From assembly GCA_943324545.2 (NCBI GenBank), contig CALPMA020000001.1:1-57639 (forward strand): a stretch of DNA of 57,639 bases, read 5' to 3'. This DNA is from Chitinophaga pinensis. Lineage in GTDB: Bacteria; Bacteroidota; Bacteroidia; Flavobacteriales; Flavobacteriaceae. Of the stretch, positions 29,308 to 39,057 are shown one piece after another (position 1 is the first letter of the stretch; each line of letters begins with the position of its first letter). The position numbers were made by a program, and so were the translations under genes. The notes under the pieces are model-generated. The model had not been told where the DNA came from. It saw nothing but the letters and a program-made list of their open reading frames with translations, and made no database searches.

Positions 29308-30600
29308 CTATGATTTTCTATTTAATAGAATAGCTAATTTTTCAGTCAAATTTCTTCTAGAATATTTTTGCAAACCTACCGCGTTCGATTTTAGATTTCC
29401 TTCCAAAAACAAACTAAAGTAATTGGCAATATAATTTTTTAGTTTCTCTTTTTCAGAATAATTTGTAAAAACCCCAGTATTAGTATCTAAAATTATTTCA
29501 GCGAAATCAGATCCAATTGGGCCAATGCCAATAATAGGTCGTTCGGAAACCATATATTCAAATAATTTACCAGGTATAATACTTTTCGTATCTTCTGAAT
29601 TAATTTCAATTAATAATAAAACTTGGGATTTTTTTTGATGAATAATAGCTTCATCATGAGAAACATATCCGATATAATTTAAATAATTTTGTAACTGAAA
29701 TAATTCAATTGAATCTAATACTTCTTGACTCACAGCGCCAATCAATTTTAGTTGGAAATGAGATGCAAAAAGTGTATTTTCTCTAATTAACTCCGAAATA
29801 CTTTCCCATAAAATCCTCGGATTTCTTTCAGATAAAAAAGAGCCAATATGAGACAACGTAAATTTCTTATCTAATATTTGATTCCCAATTTTCTCAACAT
29901 CATATCCATTGGTAATAACTTCAATAGGTTTGGATGTTATTTGTTTAAATTCAGCTCTGGTTGACGGACTTGTTACTAAAATTAAATCAGCAGAATTTAA
30001 TACTTCATACTCCAGTTGCTTGTGTTTGTTTGTTGCAAATTCAGATAATTTTAGTGCTTTATGATAACCAATTGTTGTCCAAGGATCTCTAAAGTCGGCA
30101 ATCCATTTAACGTTCAATTTTTGTTTTAATTCTAATCCAATTAAATGTAAACTGTGCGGAGGTCCAGATGTAATTATTGAAGTAATCTCATTCTCTAAAA
30201 TGTACTTTTCTAGATACTTAACCGATGGTTTAACCCATAAAAAACGAGCGTCAGGAATAAAAATATTACCTCTAATCCAAAGTAATAATTGATCTAAAAA
30301 TGTTTGTTTTTTCTTATTTGGAATAATTCCAGAACTGATTTTAGTGGTTTTATTTTTTGATAAAAAGGAAGCCCATTGATACGGTTCTGTAATTTTATTT
30401 CTCAAAATAATTGCTTGATCATTAACCTCTGAAAGCAAAGCTTCATCGACAATTGGATAAGTCGGATTTTCCGGAATGTAAACAATAGGTTGAAAACCAA
30501 ATTCAGGTAAATATTTTACAAATTTTAACCAACGTTGAACGCCTGGCCCTCCAGCTGGTGGCCAATAGTAAGTGATAATTAATATTTTATTGTTATCCAA
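29308..30600 (-). CDS. GT4 family glycosyltransferase
   Basis: ILIITYYWPPAGGPGVQRW, TSGPPHS, WIADFRDPW, IPGKLFEY (GT-B fold). Confidence 0.88.
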   Translation of the reverse strand: MDNNKILIITYYWPPAGGPGVQRWLKFVKYLPEFGFQPIVYIPENPTYPIVDEALLSEVNDQAIILRNKITEPYQWASFLSKNKTTKISSGIIPNKKKQTFLDQLLLWIRGNIFIPDARFLWVKPSVKYLEKYILENEITSIITSGPPHSLHLIGLELKQKLNVKWIADFRDPWTTIGYHKALKLSEFATNKHKQLEYEVLNSADLILVTSPSTRAEFKQITSKPIEVITNGYDVEKIGNQILDKKFTLSHIGSFLSERNPRILWESISELIRENTLFASHFQLKLIGAVSQEVLDSIELFQLQNYLNYIGYVSHDEAIIHQKKSQVLLLIEINSEDTKSIIPGKLFEYMVSERPIIGIGPIGSDFAEIILDTNTGVFTNYSEKEKLKNYIANYFSLFLEGNLKSNAVGLQKYSRRNLTEKLAILLNRKS

Positions 30601-30613
30601 TACTTTTAATCGA

Positions 30614-33031
30614 TTATTGTTTAGACTTCTTTTGCTCTAAATAAATGCCACCAAAAAATAACAAAATCATTATTATAAAACTAATCAAAGCAATTGTACT
30701 GCCTGTTTTTACAACTTGAGGCTCAAACTTAAATTCTATAATATGATTTCCAGATGGAATTTCCATTGCACGAATTGCATAATTTGCTCTGAAATGAGAT
30801 GTAGCCTTCCCGTCAATTGTAGCGTTCCATCCATCAGCATAATACATTTCAGAGAAAACAGCCAAACCAGGATTGGAATTATTAGAAACGTATTTCAAAT
30901 GATTTGGTTTGTAACTTGTTAATTTGATAGTTGACAAGGTATCTTTTACAAAAGTGTTGTTTTTTAATTGAACTCCAAATTCTTTTTGGTTCACAATAAC
31001 TTCATTTTTAGAATCTAAACTATCCAAAGCCTTCATTTCTTCATCTGGAGAATTAACAAATTTAACCTTTTGAACAAACCAAGCATTTCCATTACAATTT
31101 GGGTTATAAGTTGGGAATTCTTTACCTTCTTTATCTGTTTGAATAATGAATTTAGTATTCAACATATGCAAGACTTCCATGTTATTTTTGGCTATTTGAT
31201 AATCAAATAACTGTTGCATTCTTCTAGGTTTTACAGCGCTATAACCACCTATAGATTGATGAAAATAGGAAGCTCTAGCGCTAGACATATTTCCATCTAC
31301 TTCAAAAACTCGGTAATGAGAGGTGTCACGCAGAATTTCTAAATCAGAAGCTGAAGGTTGAAATGGAACTTCTACTTCACTTGGAGAAACAAAACTATTA
31401 GCATTTACATAATTTTTATCAATAAAAAACAAATCGGAAATCATAATAATTCCAACTAATATAACCGCAGTAGATTTTGAAATTTTATTTTTAATAAACA
31501 ACCAAAGTAACCCAAAAGCCAAAAAAACTAAGAATCCAGAACGTAATAAATCTGCTGAATACAAACTTTTCCTATCTTCTTTTAATGCATTAATAAACTC
31601 AGATCCATAATTTTGTAGATAATAAGCATCGCTTCCACCTGAAAAACTAAACTGACTCTTTATAACAATTAGGAAAGCAATTATTCCAAAAAATACTCCA
31701 CCTGAAAGATACAATCCTTTTAATTGCTGGTCTTTTTCTTCTTTAAAAAACGATTGTAATCCCATAATTGCTAAAACTGGAATACACAATTCTAAAATAA
31801 CTTGTATGGATGTAACGGCTCTAAATTTATTGTACATAGGAATAGTATCAATAAAGAAATCAGTTAATAATGGGAAATTTTTACCCCAAGAAAGTAAAAG
31901 AGAAACAATTGCACCTATTACAAAAACATACTTTATTCTGCGTTTGTCCATAAACAAAGCGACCAAACAAAGAAAGAAAACCACTGCGCCAATATAGGCT
32001 GGAGCAGCAACAATAGGTTGGTCTCCCCAATAAGCAGGCATACTTGAAACAAATTCTTTAGCTTGATCTTCAGGTACACTTTTACCAATTAAGAATTCAT
32101 ACATATTGGTATTTGATCCAATATTTTCTCCATTGGACCCACCAAAAATACGTGGCGAAATTAAATTAAAACTTTCAGCAATTCCATAGCTATATTCGGT
32201 TATATAATCATGAGTCATTGCATTATCAGAAGTGCTTTTTGAACCGTCTGGGCTAAATGTTAATTCACTTTTACCCCTGGTACTGTATTTTGCATATTCC
32301 GCTGTTGCTAATAAGTTGGTAGCATTGGAACCAATTGCTAAAATTCCTGAAATTGCAAAAATTGCAAAGGCAGAAAATAAGGATTTATATTCTTTTTCTT
32401 TTATCTGTTTATAGCAATAAAAAGTAGTAATTATCAGAATTAAAAACAACAAATAATAGGTCATTTGAAAGTGATTTGCATTCAATTCTAATGCTGCTGA
32501 AAACATCGTTAACAAACCCCCAATTAAAAATTTACGTTGAAAAACCAATAATACTCCTGCAACAACCATCGGCATATATGCAATTGCATGGGCTTTTGCA
32601 TTGTGCCCAACACCAAGAATAATTATTAAATAGGTAGAAAAACCAAAAGCTAATGCACCAAAAAAAGCTTTTAAAGGATCCGTTTTTAATACTAATAATA
32701 AAACATAAAAACCTAAGAAATAAAGTAATAAATAATCAGCTGGTCTTGGTAAAATTCGCAACGCACTATCTATTTTATTTATGAATTCATTAGGATAATT
32801 TGCACCTAATTGATAGGTTGGCATTCCTCCAAAAGCTGAATTAGTCCAATAAGGCTCTGTGTTTTCAGAGGCTCTAAAGTCAATTTGTTCTTTTGCCATT
32901 CCAGTATATTGAGCTATATCAGACTGAGCAATTTTCTTTCCTTGAAGTACAGGGTAAAAATAGATAAGGGAAATTAATATAAAACCTAATATAGCAATAG
33001 CGTGAGGATAAATTCTTTCTAATCTTTTCAT
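30614..33031 (-). CDS. YfhO-family polytopic membrane protein (GT-C-like)
   Basis: Many TM segments, WTNSAFGGMPTY, HFQMTYY, YWGDQP; C-terminal FSEMYYADGWNATIDG...RANYAIRAM...GNHIIEFKFEP plus a final TM helix. Confidence 0.85.
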   Translation of the reverse strand: MKRLERIYPHAIAILGFILISLIYFYPVLQGKKIAQSDIAQYTGMAKEQIDFRASENTEPYWTNSAFGGMPTYQLGANYPNEFINKIDSALRILPRPADYLLLYFLGFYVLLLVLKTDPLKAFFGALAFGFSTYLIIILGVGHNAKAHAIAYMPMVVAGVLLVFQRKFLIGGLLTMFSAALELNANHFQMTYYLLFLILIITTFYCYKQIKEKEYKSLFSAFAIFAISGILAIGSNATNLLATAEYAKYSTRGKSELTFSPDGSKSTSDNAMTHDYITEYSYGIAESFNLISPRIFGGSNGENIGSNTNMYEFLIGKSVPEDQAKEFVSSMPAYWGDQPIVAAPAYIGAVVFFLCLVALFMDKRRIKYVFVIGAIVSLLLSWGKNFPLLTDFFIDTIPMYNKFRAVTSIQVILELCIPVLAIMGLQSFFKEEKDQQLKGLYLSGGVFFGIIAFLIVIKSQFSFSGGSDAYYLQNYGSEFINALKEDRKSLYSADLLRSGFLVFLAFGLLWLFIKNKISKSTAVILVGIIMISDLFFIDKNYVNANSFVSPSEVEVPFQPSASDLEILRDTSHYRVFEVDGNMSSARASYFHQSIGGYSAVKPRRMQQLFDYQIAKNNMEVLHMLNTKFIIQTDKEGKEFPTYNPNCNGNAWFVQKVKFVNSPDEEMKALDSLDSKNEVIVNQKEFGVQLKNNTFVKDTLSTIKLTSYKPNHLKYVSNNSNPGLAVFSEMYYADGWNATIDGKATSHFRANYAIRAMEIPSGNHIIEFKFEPQVVKTGSTIALISFIIMILLFFGGIYLEQKKSKQ

Positions 33032-33108
33032 TTTTTAATTTTAGATGTTTGTAAAAGTAAAAAATTAATCAAACATATAGGAATTTATGAAATCAAATAG
33101 TTAATCTA

Positions 33109-33375
33109 TTATTCTATTTCTTCAAAATCAACATATTCACCTACTTTATTATTTTCGCGAGGTTTTGAGTCTGATGAATTCACTGGGTTAGAATCTTTAA
33201 AATTATTAGGATTTTGATGATTTTGATATTGTTGTTGAAAATTTTTTCCCGCTTTTTCAACTACTTTTTTAACCATGTATGGTAGAAATAAACGTGCTAA
33301 AAATTTAAATACATAATAGAACATTAAAATGTAAAATAAAGTTTCAATAAAACCTGCGAAAGAAGCCATTTCCAT
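33109..33375 (-). CDS. Small membrane protein (DUF4834-like)
   Basis: N-terminal TM helix, Q/N-rich linker, C-terminal VGEYVDFEEI. Confidence 0.7.
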   Translation of the reverse strand: MEMASFAGFIETLFYILMFYYVFKFLARLFLPYMVKKVVEKAGKNFQQQYQNHQNPNNFKDSNPVNSSDSKPRENNKVGEYVDFEEIE

Positions 33376-33497
33376 CTATAAAAATATTTTTACAAAATTA
33401 ATAAATCATTTTACAAATTACGATAGATTTTTAAAATATGATTCATAAATAAATAATAAAATTATGGTACATTTGAATAAAAAAAATAAATAAATTT

Positions 33498-34442
33498 ATG
33501 AATCGAATTACTGCTCTATTGATTTCACTAGGTTTCTTTTCATTTTCAAATATAAATGCTCAATACACTGATGTTATCAATTCCAATCGACCAGGAAAAT
33601 CAATGTCGGCTTTTTCTGTTGGAAAAACTGTAATTCAAGCTGAATTAGGAATCTATGGCATAAATGAAAAACACGATTTTCTTGAATATCAAGCGAAAGG
33701 TATTGGAACAGATTTAAATCTAAGATACGGAGCTATATTAGAGCAATTGGAATTTAACCTCGATTTACAATTTCAAAATGACAAATATGAAGATTATAAT
33801 ATAATTTATGACCGAAAAGCCTTAAAACAATCAATTATTGGTGCGAAATATTTAATATATGATCCAAATAAAAACTATGTATCAAAAGTAAATTTTTTAA
33901 GCTGGAAAGAAAATCAAAAATTCAAATTTAGAACTTTAATTCCAGCTGTTGGAATTTATGCAGGTATGAATTTAAATCTCACAAATAATGAATTTTCATT
34001 TCCATCTGATCCAAAAATAAGTCCCAAAGTGATGCTAATTACTCAAAACCAACTCGGAAGATCAGTTTTTGTTACTAATTTTATTGCAGACAAAATAGGA
34101 ACTGAATTTCCATCATACGGATATATTGCTACTCTTACCCATGGTTTTAATACTAAATGGATTGGATTTATAGAAACTCAAGGTTATATTAGTGATTTTT
34201 ATGCTGATAATGTTCTTCGGGGTGGTGCTGCTTATTTAATCCAAAAGAATATTCAAGTTGATGCAAATTTTGGAGTGAATTTTAAAAATACACCTTCAAT
34301 ATTGGTTGGTGGAATTGGAATTTCTTGGCGTTTTGATGAAAATTATAGTGCTATTTTACTTGGAGTTCCTAAAGAAAAAATAAAATCAGATAAAAAAAGT
34401 AAACCTAAAGTTAAAAGTAACAAACGCCGAGACGAAGTTTAA
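33498..34442 (+). CDS. Outer-membrane beta-barrel, COG4313/MetA-pathway (SphA-like) family
   Basis: Signal peptide NA-Q; N-terminal INSNRPG..SAFSVGK..IQAELG; amphipathic strands ending GIGISWRF, then a basic tail. Confidence 0.6.
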   Translation: MNRITALLISLGFFSFSNINAQYTDVINSNRPGKSMSAFSVGKTVIQAELGIYGINEKHDFLEYQAKGIGTDLNLRYGAILEQLEFNLDLQFQNDKYEDYNIIYDRKALKQSIIGAKYLIYDPNKNYVSKVNFLSWKENQKFKFRTLIPAVGIYAGMNLNLTNNEFSFPSDPKISPKVMLITQNQLGRSVFVTNFIADKIGTEFPSYGYIATLTHGFNTKWIGFIETQGYISDFYADNVLRGGAAYLIQKNIQVDANFGVNFKNTPSILVGGIGISWRFDENYSAILLGVPKEKIKSDKKSKPKVKSNKRRDEV

Positions 34443-34460
34443 TCTCCTAAATATTAGTTT

Positions 34461-35579
34461 ATGATTACAATTAAAGAGGCGATTTCAAAAAAAGAACTTA
34501 CTGATTATATCAAATTCCCTTTTTCATTATATAAAGAAAATAAATATTGGGTACCACCGATTATTGCAGATGAATTAGAAACCTTCAATAAAACTAAAAA
34601 TCCAATATTTGAGAATGCTGAGGCCTATTTTTATTTAGCATACAATAACTTAGAAATTGTAGGTCGGATTGCTGCAATAATTAATTGGAATGAGGTAAAT
34701 AACCAACAAAAGAAAAAAGTACGTTTCGGATGGTTTGATGTTATTGACGATATAGAAGTCACCAAAGCGCTACTAGAAAAAGTAGCTCAATTAGGTAAAA
34801 ACAACAATTTAGAACATATCGAAGGTCCAATGGGATTCTCTAATTTAGATAAAGTAGGGGTTTTAACTGAAGGTTTTGACCATATAGGAACTATGATTAC
34901 TTGGTACAATTTTCCTTATTACGCCGAACATTTTGAAAAATTAGGTTTTAAATCTGAAAAAGAATACTTGGAGCAAAAATTTCCGTTTGAAAATGTAAAA
35001 TTGGAACAATTTGACAAAGCGCAAGAATTAATAAAAAGACGCTACCAACTTAAAGCACTAAACTTTAATAAAACAAAAGACATTTTACCTTATGTTGATA
35101 AAATGTTTGATTTATTTAATTATTCCTATGCTAAATTGGCCTCATTCGTTGAAATTACATCCATTCAAAAGGAATATTTTAAGAAAAAATATATCAGTTT
35201 TATCAATCCTGAATACATAAAGTTTGTTGAAGATAAAGACGGGAATCTAGTCGCATTTGCAATTGTTATGCCATCATTTTCAGAAGCGCTTCAAAAAGCA
35301 AAAGGCAAACTATTTCCATTTGGATTATTTCATTTATTGAAGGCAAGAAAAAATAGTAAAGACGTAACTTTTTACCTTATTGGAGTTCATCCCGACTACC
35401 AAAACAAAGGAGTTCATGCTATCATTTTTAAAGAATACCATACTACTTTTACCAAAAAAGGAATTCAAAATTGTATTCGCACACCTGAATTAGCTGACAA
35501 TCTCGCCATTCAATTACTCTGGAAAAACTTTGATCCTAAAGTCATTTGTCGCAGAAAGACATTTATAAAACATATATAA
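34461..35579 (+). CDS. GNAT-fold N-acyltransferase, bacterial ceramide synthase-like (candidate sulfonolipid N-acyltransferase)
   Basis: YWVPPII, VGRIAAII, RFGWFDVIDD, GPMGFS, YNFPYY, LIGVHPDYQNKGV (acyl-CoA motif A). Convergent with an AOS-family gene. Confidence 0.7.
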   Translation: MITIKEAISKKELTDYIKFPFSLYKENKYWVPPIIADELETFNKTKNPIFENAEAYFYLAYNNLEIVGRIAAIINWNEVNNQQKKKVRFGWFDVIDDIEVTKALLEKVAQLGKNNNLEHIEGPMGFSNLDKVGVLTEGFDHIGTMITWYNFPYYAEHFEKLGFKSEKEYLEQKFPFENVKLEQFDKAQELIKRRYQLKALNFNKTKDILPYVDKMFDLFNYSYAKLASFVEITSIQKEYFKKKYISFINPEYIKFVEDKDGNLVAFAIVMPSFSEALQKAKGKLFPFGLFHLLKARKNSKDVTFYLIGVHPDYQNKGVHAIIFKEYHTTFTKKGIQNCIRTPELADNLAIQLLWKNFDPKVICRRKTFIKHI

Positions 35580-35609
35580 AAAAATCCATTCGAAAACAAA
35601 TGGATTTTT
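35578..35609. terminator. Bidirectional intrinsic terminator
   Basis: AAAAATCCATT...AATGGATTTTT between convergent stop codons. Confidence 0.75.
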
Positions 35610-35627
35610 ACTTTAAACTATCAATAA

Positions 35628-36890
35628 TTAAGCGTCTAAATTAATTGTCGTCTTTTCAGCGATTTCTTTATAAGTTCCGTTTTCTAATTTCTCCCTAATT
35701 GCTTCAAATGCTGTTAAAGTTTCTTCTACATCATCCAAAGTGTGGGATGCGGTAGGAATCATTCTCAATAAAATAATACCTTTAGGTATAACTGGATAAA
35801 CTACTATGGAAAGGAATATTCCATAATTCTCTCTCAAATCATTCACCATAACCATCGCTTCTGGGATACTTCCTTCAAGGTAAACCGGCGTGATACAAGT
35901 ATTGGTGTCGCCAATATTGAATCCTTTTTCCTTTAATCCATTTTGCAATGCATTCACGTTTACCCACAATTTATCTTTAATTTCAGGTGAATTACGTAAT
36001 ATTTCCAAACGTTTTAACGAACCTACCGTTTGAATCATAGGCAATGCCTTGGCAAACATTTGAGACCGTAAATTGTATTTTAAGTAATCGATAATTTCTT
36101 TATCTGCAGCCACAAAAGCCCCAATATTTGCCATCGATTTTGCAAACGTAGAAAAATAAATATCAATTCCATCTTGAACTCCTTGCTCCTCACCTGCTCC
36201 AGCACCGGTTTTTCCTAGAGTTCCAAAACCATGCGCATCGTCAACAAGCAATCGGAAATTGTATTTCTTTTTCATGGCTACCACTTCCTTCAATTTTCCT
36301 TGTTGGCCTCGCATTCCAAAAACTCCTTCGGTAATAAATAAAATTCCACCACCTGTAGTTTCTGCTAATTTTGTTGCGCGCTCCAAGTTTTTCTCCATAC
36401 TCTCCACATCATTATGTCGGTAGGTAAAACGCTTTCCACTGTGCAATCTCACCCCGTCAATAATACAAGCATGAGCATCAACATCGTAAACAATAACGTC
36501 ATTTCTAGTCACTAAAGCGTCAATAGTTGACATAATTCCTTGGTAACCAAAATTCAATAAATAAGCCGATTCTTTCATGACAAATTCCGCCAATTCCCGC
36601 TCTAATTGTTCGTGATAATTCGTATGTCCACTCATCATTCTGGCTCCCATAGGATAGGCAGCTCCATATTCTATAGCTGCATCAGTGTCGGCTTTACGAA
36701 CTTCAGGATGATTGGCAAGCCCCAAATAATCATTCAAACTCCAATTCAAAATAGCCTTACCTTGAAACTTCATTCTCGGCCCTAATTCCCCTTCTAATTT
36801 TGGAAAAACATAATATCCCTCAGCTTGTGAAGCCCATTTTCCTAATGGACCCTTATTTTTTTGAATTCTTTCGAATAAATCTTTTACCAT
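35628..36890 (-). CDS. PLP-dependent alpha-oxoamine synthase, probable cysteate-fatty acyl transferase (capnine synthesis)
   Basis: NDYLGL, VDDAHGFG, STFAKS (PLP lysine). FPKLEGELGP, LNWSLNDYLGLANHPEVRKAD and PMGARMMSG match my recollection of the CFAT/SulA/CapB clade. Confidence 0.75.
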   Translation of the reverse strand: MVKDLFERIQKNKGPLGKWASQAEGYYVFPKLEGELGPRMKFQGKAILNWSLNDYLGLANHPEVRKADTDAAIEYGAAYPMGARMMSGHTNYHEQLERELAEFVMKESAYLLNFGYQGIMSTIDALVTRNDVIVYDVDAHACIIDGVRLHSGKRFTYRHNDVESMEKNLERATKLAETTGGGILFITEGVFGMRGQQGKLKEVVAMKKKYNFRLLVDDAHGFGTLGKTGAGAGEEQGVQDGIDIYFSTFAKSMANIGAFVAADKEIIDYLKYNLRSQMFAKALPMIQTVGSLKRLEILRNSPEIKDKLWVNVNALQNGLKEKGFNIGDTNTCITPVYLEGSIPEAMVMVNDLRENYGIFLSIVVYPVIPKGIILLRMIPTASHTLDDVEETLTAFEAIREKLENGTYKEIAEKTTINLDA

Positions 36891-36969
36891 CTTGTATTTT
36901 GAAAATTATATAAATCTAACTATCTCGCAAAAATAAATATTTATACCTTAATAACAGATTAAAATTATA

Positions 36970-37048
36970 TTTTTTTTAGTAGCTTATTCCAGCTATTCAC
37001 TACAATCCGCCCTAAAAAGAGCGGGATTTCCATTTCTATCTGGGCTAG
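36970..37048 (-). ncRNA. Structured intergenic repeat, copy A (Flavo-1-like)
   Basis: Minus strand reads CTAGC CCAG ATAGAAATGGAA ATCC CGCTCT TTTT AGGGC GGAT TGTAGTGAATAG CTGG AATA AGCT plus A-tract. Homologous to copies at 43542, 50142 and 54157. Confidence 0.6.
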
Positions 37049-37132
37049 GTCATCAGTTTAAACAAGAAACATCGTACCTTTGATCAAAATTGTTTTATTT
37101 CAAAAAGTAATTACAATAAAAAATACAAAACA

Positions 37133-37927
37133 ATGAATCAAAGTAAAGAATTAAAAATAGCCGTATTAATCGATGCCGATAACATTCCCTACAGTAATGT
37201 AAAAGGAATGATGGAAGAAATCGCAAAATATGGAATTCCCACAACCAAAAGAATCTATGCAGATTGGACTAAACCAAATGCCAACGGTTGGAAATCAGTT
37301 TTACTAGAACACGCCATCACCCCAATTCAACAATACAGTTATACAGTAGGAAAAAACTCCTCCGATTCCGCCATGATTATCGATGCAATGGATTTATTAT
37401 ATTCCGATAAAGTAGATGGATTTTGTATTGTTTCTAGTGACTCCGATTTCACTCGACTGGCAATTAGACTTCGAGAATCAGGAATGAAAGTTATTGGAAT
37501 GGGCGAAAAGAAAACTCCAAATTCTTTCATCGTAGCCTGTGACAGATTTATATACATTGAAGTTTTACAAGGTGCAGTAATAAAGAAATTGCCAAAACAA
37601 ATATCCACTGACACAAAAAAAATTGCTGAAAAAGGAATTCTTGAAAAAGAAATAATCGAAAAAGAGCTCGTTCAAAAAATCGATTTACAAACCATTGAAT
37701 TAATTGAAGCAACAATAGAAGCTATCTGTGACGACGATGGCTGGGCATTTCTTGGCGATGTTGGAAATCTAATTGTAAAGAAAAAACCAGAATTTGACCC
37801 AAGAAATTATGGATTTACCAAACTCACACCAATGCTAAAATCCCTAATAGATATTCTAGAAATAGACGAAAGAGATTCAGACAAGAAAGGAATAAAACAT
37901 GTTTTTGTTAGATTAAAGTTTAGTTAA
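37133..37927 (+). CDS. NYN (LabA/DUF88) domain protein with C-terminal OST-HTH/LOTUS domain
   Basis: IAVLIDADN, GKNSSDSAMIIDAMD, VSSDSDF; C-terminal GWAFLGDVG...FDPRNYGFTKL. Confidence 0.9.
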   Translation: MNQSKELKIAVLIDADNIPYSNVKGMMEEIAKYGIPTTKRIYADWTKPNANGWKSVLLEHAITPIQQYSYTVGKNSSDSAMIIDAMDLLYSDKVDGFCIVSSDSDFTRLAIRLRESGMKVIGMGEKKTPNSFIVACDRFIYIEVLQGAVIKKLPKQISTDTKKIAEKGILEKEIIEKELVQKIDLQTIELIEATIEAICDDDGWAFLGDVGNLIVKKKPEFDPRNYGFTKLTPMLKSLIDILEIDERDSDKKGIKHVFVRLKFS

Positions 37928-37997
37928 TTAGAAAAATCGAATCAAATTATAAATTTCATAATATATATGTTATTTTTGCTTCACTAAAATAAAATCT

Positions 37998-38606
37998 ATG
38001 TTAATAATTGGAATTGCTGGTGGAACAGGAAGTGGTAAAACTACAGTAGTTCACCAAATTATGAATGAATTACCAGAAACCGAAGTAGGAATTATATCCC
38101 AAGATTCTTATTATAAAGAAAATCATAATCTGAGCTTTGAAGAACGTTCTCTCATTAATTTTGATCATCCTAGAGCTATCGATTTTGAACTTTTAGTAGC
38201 TCATCTTAAAGAACTAAAAGCAGGAAACAACATCAACCAACCCGTTTATTCTTTCGTAACTCACAATAGAACAGACGATACCGTTTTTACACACCCTCGA
38301 AAGGTAATGATTGTTGAAGGAATTTTAATTCTTGCAAATGCCGAATTAAGAGAACTTTTTGATGTGAAAATTTACGTTCATGCCGATTCTGATGAACGTT
38401 TAATCAGACGATTAAAACGAGATATTGCTGAGCGTGGTCGCGACATGGACGAAGTGCTTAGTCGATATCAAACTACGCTAAAACCAATGCACGAGCAGTT
38501 TATCGAACCTACAAAAGCATTCGCCGATATCATTATTCCAAACGATAAATACAACACCGTTGCAATTGATGTGGTACGAGCGGTAATAAATCAAAGAATT
38601 TTATAA
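37998..38606 (+). CDS. udk: Uridine kinase
   Basis: IGIAGGTGSGKTT, QDSYY, NFDHP, RRLKRDIAERGR, FIEPTKAFADIIIP. Confidence 0.96.
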   Translation: MLIIGIAGGTGSGKTTVVHQIMNELPETEVGIISQDSYYKENHNLSFEERSLINFDHPRAIDFELLVAHLKELKAGNNINQPVYSFVTHNRTDDTVFTHPRKVMIVEGILILANAELRELFDVKIYVHADSDERLIRRLKRDIAERGRDMDEVLSRYQTTLKPMHEQFIEPTKAFADIIIPNDKYNTVAIDVVRAVINQRIL

Positions 38607-38631
38607 AATTTTCATTAATTTTATACCATTA

Positions 38632-38700
38632 TTTTTTTGAAGCATTTACTTTCGTTCGCTAAATCTTTACTAAAAGTGAGTGATTTAGATTCAATCAGGT
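38632..38700 (-). repeat. Degenerate fifth copy (E) of the structured intergenic repeat
   Basis: TTTTTTTGAAGC...TTCGCTAAATC...GATTTAGATTCAATCAGG aligns loosely with the reverse complement of copy C, but the outer stems are eroded. Confidence 0.35.
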
Positions 38701-38720
38701 AAAAAAAATTAATATTTATT

Positions 38721-39056
38721 ATGGAAAATCCGTCAAAAGAAACAAATCAAAAAAAAACTTGGCTCAAAATTGTGGGAAACAAATACCTATTAATATCATT
38801 ATTATTTGGAGTATGGATGCTATTTTTAGATAATTATTCCTATATGGATCAAAGGCAACTCAACAAACAAATTAACGAATTAAAAGACAATAAAAAATAC
38901 TATCAAGTTGAAATCAGAAAAGATAAAGAAAATATAAAATTACTAAAAAATCAAGACCAAGTAGAAAAATACGGCCGAGAAAAATATCATATGAAAAAAA
39001 CAAATGAAGATGTTTATATAATTGAATATGAAGGAGATACAATAAAAAACAATTAA
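38721..39056 (+). CDS. FtsB/DivIC-family septum formation initiator
   Basis: Single TM helix WMLFLD, coiled coil, EKYGREKYHMKKTNEDVYII. Confidence 0.85.
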   Translation: MENPSKETNQKKTWLKIVGNKYLLISLLFGVWMLFLDNYSYMDQRQLNKQINELKDNKKYYQVEIRKDKENIKLLKNQDQVEKYGREKYHMKKTNEDVYIIEYEGDTIKNN

Positions 39057-39057
39057 A

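Noticed and set aside
37133-37927. NYN-domain gene as a toxin-antitoxin or defence system
   Set aside because: Solitary LabA/DUF88-type gene with no partner or defence-island context.
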